From contig NC_007614.1 of NCBI RefSeq assembly GCF_000196355.1, positions 840,001-872,000 on the forward strand: a stretch of 32,000 nucleotides of DNA, read 5' to 3'. Source of the DNA: Nitrosospira multiformis ATCC 25196. Its GTDB lineage: Bacteria > Pseudomonadota > Gammaproteobacteria > Burkholderiales > Nitrosomonadaceae. Position numbers and translations under genes: made by a program. The notes below the pieces were generated by a model, which was not told the DNA's origin, did not search any database, and saw nothing but the letters and a program-made list of their open reading frames with translations. Each line of letters starts with the position of its first letter. Position 1 is the first letter of the stretch. This document shows positions 9,548 to 18,934 of the stretch, piece by piece.

Positions 9548-10006
9548 ATGAAAACAAAATCAGGAACAGCTGCTGCGATCTTGTCTGCGATTGCTCTATT
9601 GGCTTCCTGCGCGCAAATGAGTCCTCTCGAAGCGCAGAATGATGATATTCACAAGGCTGAAAAGAATGCGAGAACCTATATCGACCACGACAAGCTGGCG
9701 AAGCAATATCGAAATACCGCAAAAGAAATGCTGATAAAGGCAGAGGATCAAAAGAAACTGCTTCGGCATTACGAAGAAAAAAGCTATCTTTATGGTAGGC
9801 AGGCGCAAGATAAGCAATCGCATACTTCAGCTTTATTGCATAAATACGAGCGGGCCGCGGAGGAAACTTTAAAACAGGCTGCCTTTCATCAGAGAATGGC
9901 ATCGGAACTTGCCCACCGCGATCATTCCACCTCAGCGGAAACACCTCCCGAGCGAAGCTACGAGAATAACGCTGGAATCGGATCAGACTCCAAAGACCAG
10001 ATCTGA
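9548..10006 (+). CDS. Hypothetical coiled-coil-rich lipoprotein
   Basis: N-terminal signal with lipobox MKTKSGTAAAILSAIALLASCAQM, followed by charged, helix-prone sequence. Confidence 0.6.
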   Translation: MKTKSGTAAAILSAIALLASCAQMSPLEAQNDDIHKAEKNARTYIDHDKLAKQYRNTAKEMLIKAEDQKKLLRHYEEKSYLYGRQAQDKQSHTSALLHKYERAAEETLKQAAFHQRMASELAHRDHSTSAETPPERSYENNAGIGSDSKDQI

Positions 10007-10275
10007 AGTCGCAGCAATGTCCTGAAGTGGCGTGGAATGGACCCGTTTTTCAACCCGCAGCAGATAGGATATGACACCTATCCCGGGATGGGGGGGTGCC
10101 TGAATGGGGATTGCCTGCATAGGGCGAGCGTTCCAGTGTAATGGTTTATAGCAGTGCAACATTTGCCTTGCCCGCCCGCCAGAAATAATATCGGTATCGA
10201 GAACCCACATCAGCTCAAAATTCCTCGACAAGGAAAAGCGTTACTGCGCTGGCGCCGGCCGGAAACAGGGCTTGG

Positions 10276-11349
10276 TCATGGTACAGCCTGGCTGAAGGCC
10301 ACCACATGCTCCGCTTCCAGCCTGATTCCTATTTTTTCCCCTATCGCATGATTATGATGGCTTGGAACGAGCGACAGGGCGGTACTGCCGCCCGGTAGTT
10401 GCAGCGTATACAGGATGTCGGCGCCCCGGAATGCTTTTTGCATAACCTTGGCTTGTACGGGGCTGGCATCATCATGCACGATGTCATCCGGGCGGATCAG
10501 CACATCCACCGTGTTTCCCTTCTGGCATAGCTGACAGTCCGGTGCGCATTGATGCGGTATGTCCCCCGCCAGCGTGCCCAGTTCGATTTCCACCTGCTGC
10601 TGGTCAAGCATTTTTCCAGGAAGGAAAACGCCTTCTCCAATGAAATTGGCAACGAATCGATTGGCGGGTTTGTGGTAGAGATTGTAGGCCGTATCCCACT
10701 GCTGGATTTCACCGTGGTGCATCACGCCAATCTCATCCGCTATGGCAAACGCTTCATCCTGATCGTGGGTTACCAGAATAGCCGTGGCATTCTGGCTTTT
10801 GAGGATGTCCCGCACTTCCAGGCTCAGGCGACCGCGCAAACTGACATCCAGATTCGAGAAGGGTTCGTCCAGCAGTAGCAATTCCGGACGGGGCGCCAAA
10901 GCGCGGGCCAGCGCTACCCGCTGCTGCTGCCCTCCCGAGAGCTGGTGGGGGTATTTTTTTGCGGAATCAGCAAGGCCTACGGTTTGAAGCATCTCGGCGA
11001 TGCGTGCAGAACGTTCGTCTTTTTGCATGCTATGCAGGCCAAAGCCGATATTGTCCGTGACGGACAGATGGGGAAATAGCGCATAGTCCTGAAATACCAT
11101 TCCGATATGACGCCTTTCGGGGGGAATCATGACGCTACTGCTGCTGATCACAGCCCCATTGAGCAGGATTTCCCCGGCAGAAACGGGCTCAAAACCCGCA
11201 ATGCATCTCAGCACCGTAGTCTTGCCGCAACCGCTCGGGCCCAGCAGGCATCCGATGGCTCCTTTCCCGAGGGTGAATGACAGGTCGTTCACCACCCTTT
11301 GCTGCCCGTAGGCATGGCGGATATAGCGTAGCTCAAGCAGTGTTTCCAT
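10276..11349 (-). CDS. fbpC: Ferric iron ABC transporter ATP-binding protein (FbpC-like)
   Basis: METLLELRYIRHAYGQQRVVNDLSFTLGKGAIGCLLGPSGCGKTTVLRCIAGFE...HQLSGGQQQRVALARALAPRPELLLLDEPFSNLD; C-terminal TOBE-like region (DVLIRPDDIV...). The track ORF extends to 11634, but the start at 11349 fits the family. Confidence 0.88.
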   Translation of the reverse strand: METLLELRYIRHAYGQQRVVNDLSFTLGKGAIGCLLGPSGCGKTTVLRCIAGFEPVSAGEILLNGAVISSSSVMIPPERRHIGMVFQDYALFPHLSVTDNIGFGLHSMQKDERSARIAEMLQTVGLADSAKKYPHQLSGGQQQRVALARALAPRPELLLLDEPFSNLDVSLRGRLSLEVRDILKSQNATAILVTHDQDEAFAIADEIGVMHHGEIQQWDTAYNLYHKPANRFVANFIGEGVFLPGKMLDQQQVEIELGTLAGDIPHQCAPDCQLCQKGNTVDVLIRPDDIVHDDASPVQAKVMQKAFRGADILYTLQLPGGSTALSLVPSHHNHAIGEKIGIRLEAEHVVAFSQAVP

Positions 11350-11375
11350 GATGCGCTCCGACCTATTTTTGCGAA

Positions 11376-13079
11376 CTATTTTTCGCTTTGCCGCATGAAA
11401 AATATCAGTGGTAGCAGACCTGCCAGCACCAGCGCCACCGCAGGCAGGGCGGCCTGCTCCCATTCGCCTTCGGAAGTCATCTCGAAAATTCTTACTGCCA
11501 GGGTATCCCATCCAAAAGGCCGGGTCATCAGCGTGATCGGCATTTCTTTCATCACATCCACAAACACAAGGGTTGCGGCGGTAAATATTCCACTCCTCAG
11601 CATCGGCAAATGGATGCGGCGCAACATCGACCATCCACTCAAGCCGAGACCCATGGCAGCCTCATCGATGCTGCTGGTGATACGCTGCATGGCGCTGTCT
11701 ATAGGACTGTAGCTTACCGCGAGAAAGCGGGTCATATAGGCGATCAGCATGATGGCGAGCGTGCCCTGAATAAGCAGCCCGGTTTCCATGTGAAATAGCT
11801 GCATGGCTATTTCGCTCAATTGGTTGTCGAGCCAGGCTATCGGGATGAAAATTCCCACTGCCAGAACAGTTCCGGGCAAGGCATAGCCAAGGGTGGAAAT
11901 GCGCACTGCCGCACGTGTGGCGCGGCTGGGATGGCGGCGCGCAGCATAAACCATGAGCAGGGCGACCGAGCAGGTGAGCAGGACTGCAAAACCGGACAGC
12001 AGGAGCGAATGCCAGAGGAATTCCAGATATCTCTGGTCAAAATCACGCGCAAAAACGTGCGTTGTCCATACAGCAAGCTGCGCGACTGGCAGCAGGAACG
12101 CAAGAAACAGTGTGATCGAGGCAAAACCTGTGACTCCCCACTTTTGCCAACCAGAAAGCGCGATGAGGTGAACCCTCGCACTCTGCCGGATTTCCGCGTA
12201 GCGCATCCGGGAGCGGAACTGTTGCTCAAGGATGATCATGGCAAAGATAATCACAATAAGCAGTGACGCGAGTTGAGAGGCGGCGGGGAGGGAAAACATG
12301 GCAAACCAGGCTTTATAAATGGCGGTTGTAAAGGTATCGTAATTGAAGACCGCTACCGTGCCGAAGTCTGCGAGGGTTTCCATCAAAGCCAGCATGGCGC
12401 CGCCGGCGATCCACGGCCGCGCCATGGGAAGCGCCACTTTTAAAAAACCTTGAGTACGCCCGAGTCCCAGCGATTGCGCCGCTTCCAGCGAGCGTTTGCC
12501 TTGGGTGAGGAAGGCATTGCGCGCCAGCAGATAGACATAGGGATAAAATGCCAGAATCATGACGAGGATGACACCCGTCCTGCTGCGCACATTTGGGAAC
12601 CAGAAGAGGTCAGGACCGAACCACTCGCGCAACGCTGTCTGGACAGGACCGATATAGTCGAAGAGGCCCAGTGCGACGAATGCGGTCACGTACGCGGGCA
12701 TGGCAAATGGGAGCAGCAGCGCCCACGAAAAGAATCGCCGCCCGGGAAATTCGCATACGGCGGTAAACCACGCCAGGCTCACGCCCAACAGCGTAACGCC
12801 GGCAAGTACGCCCAGGGCAAGCCAGAATGTATTGACCAACAGGTCAGGCAGGGTGGTTTCTGCCAAATGCTGCCAGACTTCGCCAGTCGGGGTAAAAAGC
12901 GAAGAAACGACTGTGCCGACAGGTATCAGCACGAGCGCGGCGACCAGAAGGGGTATCAGGCGCCAGCCATGCGAAGCGTGACGGTTCGAGGTGGGAAAGC
13001 TGAAAAACCACTTTCTTGTGCCTTGACTATCCGTCGTCTCCGTTCCCGTCCCGGGCCCGCTAAGCGCTTCTACCTCCAC
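11376..13079 (-). CDS. fbpB: Ferric iron ABC transporter permease with two permease domains (FbpB-like)
   Basis: Many TM segments and two EAA-like loops: EAAQSLGLGRTQGFLKVALPMARPWIAGG and EAAMGLGLSGWSMLRRIHLPMLRSGI. Confidence 0.86.
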   Translation of the reverse strand: MEVEALSGPGTGTETTDSQGTRKWFFSFPTSNRHASHGWRLIPLLVAALVLIPVGTVVSSLFTPTGEVWQHLAETTLPDLLVNTFWLALGVLAGVTLLGVSLAWFTAVCEFPGRRFFSWALLLPFAMPAYVTAFVALGLFDYIGPVQTALREWFGPDLFWFPNVRSRTGVILVMILAFYPYVYLLARNAFLTQGKRSLEAAQSLGLGRTQGFLKVALPMARPWIAGGAMLALMETLADFGTVAVFNYDTFTTAIYKAWFAMFSLPAASQLASLLIVIIFAMIILEQQFRSRMRYAEIRQSARVHLIALSGWQKWGVTGFASITLFLAFLLPVAQLAVWTTHVFARDFDQRYLEFLWHSLLLSGFAVLLTCSVALLMVYAARRHPSRATRAAVRISTLGYALPGTVLAVGIFIPIAWLDNQLSEIAMQLFHMETGLLIQGTLAIMLIAYMTRFLAVSYSPIDSAMQRITSSIDEAAMGLGLSGWSMLRRIHLPMLRSGIFTAATLVFVDVMKEMPITLMTRPFGWDTLAVRIFEMTSEGEWEQAALPAVALVLAGLLPLIFFMRQSEK

Positions 13080-13101
13080 TCGACCATCACCCGGTTATAT
13101 C

Positions 13102-14115
13102 TTACTTGTAGCCGGCGCGATCCATCAGTTTTACCGCTTCCGCTTGCAGTTCTCCGGCTTTATTCACATTTATCGTATTCTGTTTGAAACTGCCCCACGC
13201 GGCTACGGCAGGATCGGTTTTGACCTTGGAGTTCACCGGATACTCCATGTTTACGTCGGCAAACAGATTCTGCGCTTTTTCCGAGGATAGAAATTCGATC
13301 AGCTTGATCGCGGCTTGAGGGTGATGCGCATATTTTGTCACGCCTGCACCCGAAATATTTACATGGACGCCACTGTTGTCCTGGTTCGGCCAGAAAATCG
13401 CAAGCGGTAGTTTCGGGTCCTTTTTCATCAGGCGCCCGTAATAATAAGTATTGACAATAGTGACGTCACATTTCCCTGCAGCAACGTATTCCATAGCCTT
13501 GGTATCATCCGAAAGAGGATCGGTTGCAAGATTGGTAATCCAGCCCTTTACGATCTGCTCGGTTTTCGGTTCTCCATGCTCGGCAATCATCATTGCCACC
13601 AGAGACTGGTTGTATACTTTCTTGGAAGTGCGTATGCACAGGCGGTTCTTCCACTTGGGATCTGCCAGCGCTTCATAGGTTGAAAGATCGGAGGGTTTTA
13701 CCTTGTTGGTGTTGTAAACGATGGTACGGGCGCGTATCGATAAGCCGAACCACCGCTTCAAAGGATCTCGGAGATGAGCGGGAACATTCGTTTCGAGTAT
13801 TTCTGACTCCACCGGGCGGAGCAATCCCTCTCGCGCCGCCTCCCACAAGTTGCCGGCATCGGTGGTGAGCAGTACGTCAGCCGGAGTGTTTTTGCCTTCT
13901 GCCTTAAGGCGCGCGAGCAAGGGGCCTTCCTTATCGGTGACGAATTTGACAGCAACGCCGCTATCCTTGGTGAAAGCATCGAACATGGGTTTGATGAGCT
14001 GCTCTATGCGGGCCGAATAGACGACGACGTCCTCCGCCCCGGATGCATCTGCGGTAAATAGCGTGACACAGCATATCATTGCGGTAAGATAACGATTGAG
14101 GCGCGCACTGGGCAT
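13102..14115 (-). CDS. fbpA: Fe(3+) ABC transporter substrate-binding protein (FbpA/Fut-like)
   Basis: VVVYSARIEQLIKPMFDAFTKDSGVAVKFVTDKEGPLLARLKAEGKNTPADVLLTTDAGNLW...VNTYYYGRL. Start MPSARLN at 14115, preceded by a GGAG Shine-Dalgarno. The longer track ORF start (14178) would lie over the promoter/Fur box. Confidence 0.87.
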   Translation of the reverse strand: MPSARLNRYLTAMICCVTLFTADASGAEDVVVYSARIEQLIKPMFDAFTKDSGVAVKFVTDKEGPLLARLKAEGKNTPADVLLTTDAGNLWEAAREGLLRPVESEILETNVPAHLRDPLKRWFGLSIRARTIVYNTNKVKPSDLSTYEALADPKWKNRLCIRTSKKVYNQSLVAMMIAEHGEPKTEQIVKGWITNLATDPLSDDTKAMEYVAAGKCDVTIVNTYYYGRLMKKDPKLPLAIFWPNQDNSGVHVNISGAGVTKYAHHPQAAIKLIEFLSSEKAQNLFADVNMEYPVNSKVKTDPAVAAWGSFKQNTINVNKAGELQAEAVKLMDRAGYK

Positions 14116-14151
14116 TTGATTTACTCCGGATATAAAGGCAGAAAGGCTAAT

Positions 14152-14178
14152 ATTATAAATGATAATAATTATCAGCAA
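14152..14178 (-). promoter_or_regulatory. Predicted fbpA promoter with overlapping Fur-box-like operator
   Basis: Minus strand: TTGCTG (14178-14173), 15-nt spacer, TATAAT (14157-14152). The spacer contains most of the perfect palindrome TGATAATAATTATCA (14160-14174), matching the GATAAT-N-ATTATC core of the Fur consensus. Confidence 0.7.
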
Positions 14179-14197
14179 AGCGGCACGTTAATATATC

Positions 14198-14476
14198 ATG
14201 GATGAGCCAGAACAAGTTCTTCCGTATCAGCGTTTGCAGCAGCTCCTTGCGATACCGGAGAGGCAGCGTACCGAAGCCCAATGGGATGAGATCAACGAAC
14301 TCGAAATCGCGCTTACGCCGGTAAACCGGTCCACCACGCCGGATCGGAATATCCGCCGTAAAGGTGCCGTACAAGGTGCCGCACCTCCAGAACAACCCAG
14401 ATCCCGGGATGGTACGCCAGGGCGAAGGCCCCTGAAGAAACTTCGCAAGCGGCCTCCCAAAGCAGGCGGATCATGA
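14198..14476 (+). CDS. Small basic hypothetical protein, divergent from fbpA
   Basis: ORF MDEPEQVLPYQRLQQLLAIPERQRTEAQWDEINELEIALTP... with a plausible helical N-terminus. No clear Shine-Dalgarno. Confidence 0.4.
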   Translation: MDEPEQVLPYQRLQQLLAIPERQRTEAQWDEINELEIALTPVNRSTTPDRNIRRKGAVQGAAPPEQPRSRDGTPGRRPLKKLRKRPPKAGGS

Positions 14477-14568
14477 GCGGTATCTCCCGTGGGGACTGGA
14501 GATGCGCTACTGCTGCGATGGAAGCGTCGTGACTCTTTAACGGTTCCCTAATTCTGAACAGGAGAAAT

Positions 14569-14889
14569 ATGCAACTCACTACAACACCGGGCATCGATGG
14601 GAAGCGTATTACCCGATATTGCGGGGTGGTGGCAGGCGAAGCAGTTCTGGGCGCCAATATATTCAAGGACCTCTTCGCGGGAATCCGCGATCTGGTGGGT
14701 GGACGTTCCGGCACCTACGAGAAAGAGTTGCAGCGCGCGCGGGACATTGCGCTCGAGGAACTGCAGCAGCGTGCGCACGACCTTGGAGCGAATGCAGTAG
14801 TGGGCATCGACATCGACTACGAGGTACTGGGAAAAGAAAATGGCATGCTCATGGTTTCGGCAAGCGGCACGGCTGTAATCGTCGAATAA
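14569..14889 (+). CDS. YbjQ/UPF0145 family protein
   Basis: [88 protein letters not shown] is the family signature. AGGAG lies upstream. Confidence 0.88.
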   Translation: MQLTTTPGIDGKRITRYCGVVAGEAVLGANIFKDLFAGIRDLVGGRSGTYEKELQRARDIALEELQQRAHDLGANAVVGIDIDYEVLGKENGMLMVSASGTAVIVE

Positions 14890-14944
14890 CCGGAGCGCGG
14901 GAGCTTATGGCGGCCAGACGAGTAATCAATCCGGCAGGAATGCC

Positions 14945-15646
14945 CTACCACGGCACCGGCTTGCCGTCGTACTCAATGAACCTGCCGGAATCCTTAAGAG
15001 TGAGGCGATCGATTACCTGCCGCATGCCGGAGACGCTTTGAACAGGGGAGATCAAGGCATTCGGTCCTCCCATGTCTGTTTTCACCCATCCCGGATGCAG
15101 TACCACCGCAATTACTCGCGCCTGTTTCAGATCAATCGAAAGCGATTTGACCACCATGTTCACCGCCGCCTTGCTGGATCGGTACATATAGCTTCCCCCG
15201 CCATCATTGTCCTCGATACTGCCCATTTTACTGCTGATGGTCACAATCTTTTTCTGATCGCTCCGGGCGATCTGTGAGGTAAATGTCTGGGCCATCTTGA
15301 GTGTCGCCATGGTATTGACCAGAAACGTGCGCATCCAGGCTTCGTAATCCTCGCTCCTGAATATTCCCGAACGATGCGCCTCCGCATAGATGCCGGCATT
15401 ATTGAGAAGCAGATCGATGGATTCGCCGGAAAGAGACTGTCCCAGTTCGTCGATTCGCCGGTGGTCGGCAACATCAAGCGTATGTATCTTTGTCTGCTCC
15501 GGCTGCTGGTTTGCCAGCGTTTGAAGTTCTCCTGCTTTCTCGGGATGGCGCGCGCAGGCAAGAACACGCCAGCCTTCCGCTGCGTATTGACGGACGAATT
15601 CAAGTCCAATCCCACGGTTTGCGCCGGTGATCAGTACAGTTTTCAT
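14945..15646 (-). CDS. SDR family oxidoreductase (C-factor-like)
   Basis: VLITGANRGIGLEFVRQY, LLNNAGIY, YRSSKAAVNMVVKSLSID, HPGWVKTDMGG. Confidence 0.88.
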   Translation of the reverse strand: MKTVLITGANRGIGLEFVRQYAAEGWRVLACARHPEKAGELQTLANQQPEQTKIHTLDVADHRRIDELGQSLSGESIDLLLNNAGIYAEAHRSGIFRSEDYEAWMRTFLVNTMATLKMAQTFTSQIARSDQKKIVTISSKMGSIEDNDGGGSYMYRSSKAAVNMVVKSLSIDLKQARVIAVVLHPGWVKTDMGGPNALISPVQSVSGMRQVIDRLTLKDSGRFIEYDGKPVPW

Positions 15647-15886
15647 AATCTTCTCCTCATGGAATATACGGATCAGGTATTCGGGAGAAACCAGCTCGCG
15701 GTGTGGCAGGTACTATAAAGAAGTATCGGAGGATGAATTTCACTGCATTGGCAACCCACATTGTGGTTCGGGCAGGGAAACCCGAGACCTGTCGTGTGAC
15801 AAGACCAGGATTGCCGGGCGACCCATGTGCCTGACTCATTATGTATAGAAAGCCCAAGGAATGGCAACCCTAAAAGGAAGAAACAT

Positions 15887-16705
15887 ATGGCGGACAACAT
15901 CGCGTTGGTAACTGGTGCCTCCAGTGGTATCGGCAGGGCAACAGCAGAACTTCTTGCCCAGAACGGATATTATGTATTCGCCCTCGCCCGCCGCATGCAC
16001 AGGCTGGAACAGATACGCTCCAGCCATATCGAGCCCATCTGCCTGGATGTGACCGATGACGAAGCTGTCCGCCACGCGGTAGCCCGCATCATATCGACCC
16101 GCGGGCGAATCGATGTGCTGGTGAATAACGCCGGGATCTGTCAGCCGGGGGCCGTCGAATGTGTTCCGCTCGAAACCGCTCATCGGCAGCTCGAAGTCAA
16201 TCTTTTTGGTTATGCGAGATTCATGCAGGCGGTGCTTCCGCATATGAGGGAGCAGCGATCGGGGTGTATCATCAATATTGTTTCCGCGCTGAGCAGGATT
16301 TCGGTTCCCGGTTTCGGTTGGTATTCGGCCTCGAAGTATGCCATCGAAGCTTTGACTGACGCGGTGCGAGGGGAAGTGATGGAGTTTGGCATCAAGGTCG
16401 TGCTGATCGCCCCCGGGTTGATAAAGACTGAGTTTGTACCTAACCAGTTGAGGGCGATGGAGAGAATTCCCCACCCTGCAGCCTATGAAAAACTTCTTGC
16501 GGGCGTACACAATCTGGTGGCGAGAGAACCCGAAGCTCCCGGCCCGGAAATCATTGCAAAAGCAGTATTGAGCGCGGTGAAGGTGTCCAGGTCTCCCGTC
16601 CGTCATGCGCTGCCTCTCGATTCCAAAATGTCGGTTATGGCGAGATGGCTGCTTGGGGGGCGCGTTTTCGCTTGGGCGATTCGGCTCCGGATGAAATTTT
16701 CCTGA
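15887..16705 (+). CDS. SDR family oxidoreductase
   Basis: MADNIALVTGASSGIGRATAELLAQNGY, VLVNNAGIC, YSASKYAIEALTDAVRGEV, APGLIKTEF. Upstream GGAAG. Confidence 0.88.
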   Translation: MADNIALVTGASSGIGRATAELLAQNGYYVFALARRMHRLEQIRSSHIEPICLDVTDDEAVRHAVARIISTRGRIDVLVNNAGICQPGAVECVPLETAHRQLEVNLFGYARFMQAVLPHMREQRSGCIINIVSALSRISVPGFGWYSASKYAIEALTDAVRGEVMEFGIKVVLIAPGLIKTEFVPNQLRAMERIPHPAAYEKLLAGVHNLVAREPEAPGPEIIAKAVLSAVKVSRSPVRHALPLDSKMSVMARWLLGGRVFAWAIRLRMKFS

Positions 16706-17032
16706 CGGTAGCGACTTTCTTGGATATTTTTGAGGTCAGAAAATCCCTACTGCTGTCTTCTGCCAAGGCAAAGAGAAGGTTTCCCTAATAAGCATCGGTT
16801 CAATCTGGCAAGCGCTTCCGCTTCGACCTTTGATCCATGCTTCTTTGCATTCGTCATAGGCGTGCGAGTCGTAAGGGTGCAGGCTCCGGCAGCGGGTTTT
16901 CTCCTGCTCATGGACAATGGCAATGCCGGGATTCTCGCGAGGATAGTCACGAAACGAGAGATGTCGTGCGAGCGCGGCAAACAGCTTCAGAATAAATCTT
17001 CTGATCTCTTTATACGACGGCTATTTTGCGCG

Positions 17033-18103
17033 TCAATCCTTTCTTTCGATCCTGGGAGTATCCATCGCTGCGGCGAAGAGGTCCCAAGCGGACATGAACA
17101 AGGCTGCGATAACTGGCCCGATCACAAAGCCATTGAGGCCGAACAGGACCAGTCCCCCGAGTGTCGAGATGAGCACCACGTAATCCGGCATCTTCGTATC
17201 TCGTCCCACCAGGACGGGGCGCAAGAGATTGTCAACCAATCCGATTACGAACACGCCGAACGCGATGAGAACGGTACCCTGCCAGACAGCGCCAGTAAAG
17301 AGGAAGTAGATCGCCACCGGGATCCAGATGAGACCGGCACCGACTGCCGGTATCAGGGAAAGAAACGCCATCATGAAGCCCCACAGCAAGGCCCCTTGAA
17401 TGCCGAGAAAATAAAATACCACACCTCCCAGCGCACCCTGAATGGCGGCAACGGCGACGTTGCCCTTGACGGTTGCGCGAATGACCGTAGTGAATTTGCT
17501 GGACAAGTGACGTTTGTGTTCCATGGTAAGGGGCATGGCCTGCTTGATCTTGGCCGCCAGATTATCGCCGTCGCGCAGCAGAAAAAAGAGCAGGTACAAC
17601 ATGATGCCGAAGCTCACCAGAAATTCGAAAGCGTTCTGCCCGAGGCTGAGAGCGTGCGTAGCAACGAACTGGCTGCCGCGCAGGACGCCGCTTGAGAGCA
17701 TGTCCTGCAACTCGGCCATATTGGTGAGCCCTGAACGGTCGAGCAGGTTGACCAGCCACGGCGGCGAGGCACTCGCAATCTGCTGGAAATACATGCCAAA
17801 ATTCAATTCCCCCGAGCGGATCTTTTGATAAACGATGGTTCCTTCCTGCAGCAGTGAAATTGTCATCAGGGTGACTGGAAGAATCACGATGACCAGAATG
17901 AGCAGCAATGTGGTGAACGCGGCGAGATTGCGGTGCTGTCCCAAGGCAGCCTGCAACTTGCGATGAAACGGTGTAAATATGATGGCAAGAACTGCCGCCC
18001 AGAACACCGTGCCATAAAAAGGCAGCAGTATCCAGATGAATGCCACGGAGACGGCAATCAACATTAGTAAAAAGGCCTTTTGCCGCAACTCGGGGGAGTT
18101 CAT
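17033..18103 (-). CDS. AI-2E transporter / PerM family permease
   Basis: Membrane protein with ILIPFYGTVFWAAVLAIIFTPFHRKL, GALLWGFMMAFLSLIPAVGAGLIWIPVAIY, VGLVDNLLRPVLVGRDTKMPDYVVLISTLGGLVLFGLNGFVIGPVIAALF. Confidence 0.88.
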   Translation of the reverse strand: MNSPELRQKAFLLMLIAVSVAFIWILLPFYGTVFWAAVLAIIFTPFHRKLQAALGQHRNLAAFTTLLLILVIVILPVTLMTISLLQEGTIVYQKIRSGELNFGMYFQQIASASPPWLVNLLDRSGLTNMAELQDMLSSGVLRGSQFVATHALSLGQNAFEFLVSFGIMLYLLFFLLRDGDNLAAKIKQAMPLTMEHKRHLSSKFTTVIRATVKGNVAVAAIQGALGGVVFYFLGIQGALLWGFMMAFLSLIPAVGAGLIWIPVAIYFLFTGAVWQGTVLIAFGVFVIGLVDNLLRPVLVGRDTKMPDYVVLISTLGGLVLFGLNGFVIGPVIAALFMSAWDLFAAAMDTPRIERKD

Positions 18104-18435
18104 GTGAAGATGTTTAATAGCCGGCTACGATGACGTTATGGAGTCATCCTACCTTAACTCAGCCTCAAGTTGATAGAGGGATACGAAGAAAATTAAAAGT
18201 AAACTCAGGCGGCAAACAGATAGCGCACGAAGCCTGGGAATATGGGGCGCGCAAGAGGAAATATTCTTTTGCGGGGGCTTGCCATCCCCGGACTTGCCCG
18301 CAGCTTGCCAGGAGGAGGGATAGCAGCAGGTTTTGAGGGCAGGATATCCGCTATATATCCTAAGGAACCCTGAACAAATCCTCCGTCGCGGCTGCGAGGA
18401 ATTTGTTCAGTGGTTCCCTAAGTCAAGCAGTCTTC

Positions 18436-18846
18436 TCAGGCATTTTTGAAGAGGGCATCCAGTCCTGCCCGGGCAATCTGTGCATCCTGATGGGAGCGCA
18501 CCCCGCTTACTCCCACGGCGCCGATGAACTGCCCTTCCGCGGCGATCGGTAGCCCCCCCTCGATGGGCAGAGTGCCTGGCAGACCCAGATAACGGATGCT
18601 TCCGGCTCCCACCTGTTCTTCCCAGATTTTAGTCGGACGGCGGAATGCAATGGCTGCCCGCGCCTTTTGTATTGCAACTTCGACACTGCCAAATTGTGTT
18701 TCATCGAGGCGCAGCAAGTGGATAAGATGAGCGCCGTCATCGACGATCGCAATCACCACCGGCCAGTTGTTGCGCGTGGCTTCTGCTTCCGCGGCGGTGG
18801 CAATAATCTTGGCGTCGTCGAGCGTGAGCACGTTTTTTTTATTCAT
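18436..18846 (-). CDS. GlcG/HbpS family (heme-binding-like) protein
   Basis: LTLDDAKIIATAAEAEATRNNWPVVIAIVDDGAHLIHLLRLDETQFGSVEVAIQKARAAIAFRRPTK...GLPIAAEGQFIGAVGVSG. Start at 18846 with GGAGGG upstream. Confidence 0.85.
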   Translation of the reverse strand: MNKKNVLTLDDAKIIATAAEAEATRNNWPVVIAIVDDGAHLIHLLRLDETQFGSVEVAIQKARAAIAFRRPTKIWEEQVGAGSIRYLGLPGTLPIEGGLPIAAEGQFIGAVGVSGVRSHQDAQIARAGLDALFKNA

Positions 18847-18890
18847 AAAGCAAGCCCTCCGGATATATGTGAGATCTGAGGTCCCAAAAC

Positions 18891-18919
18891 AAAACACGCC
18901 GGAAGGTCCGGCGTGTTTT
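18891..18919 (-). terminator. Predicted Rho-independent terminator downstream of hppA
   Basis: Perfect 13-bp stem AAAACACGCCGGA / TCCGGCGTGTTTT with a 3-nt loop, followed on the minus strand by GTTTTG. Confidence 0.8.
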
Positions 18920-18934
18920 GGAGAACGCGAAAAA

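Noticed and set aside
12450-13187. 245-aa plus-strand ORF
   Set aside because: Antisense to the fbpB permease; a shadow ORF.
16730-17695. Long plus-strand ORF (321 aa)
   Set aside because: Its 3' part is antisense to the well-supported PerM/AI-2E gene, and the translation is low-complexity with no recognisable domain.
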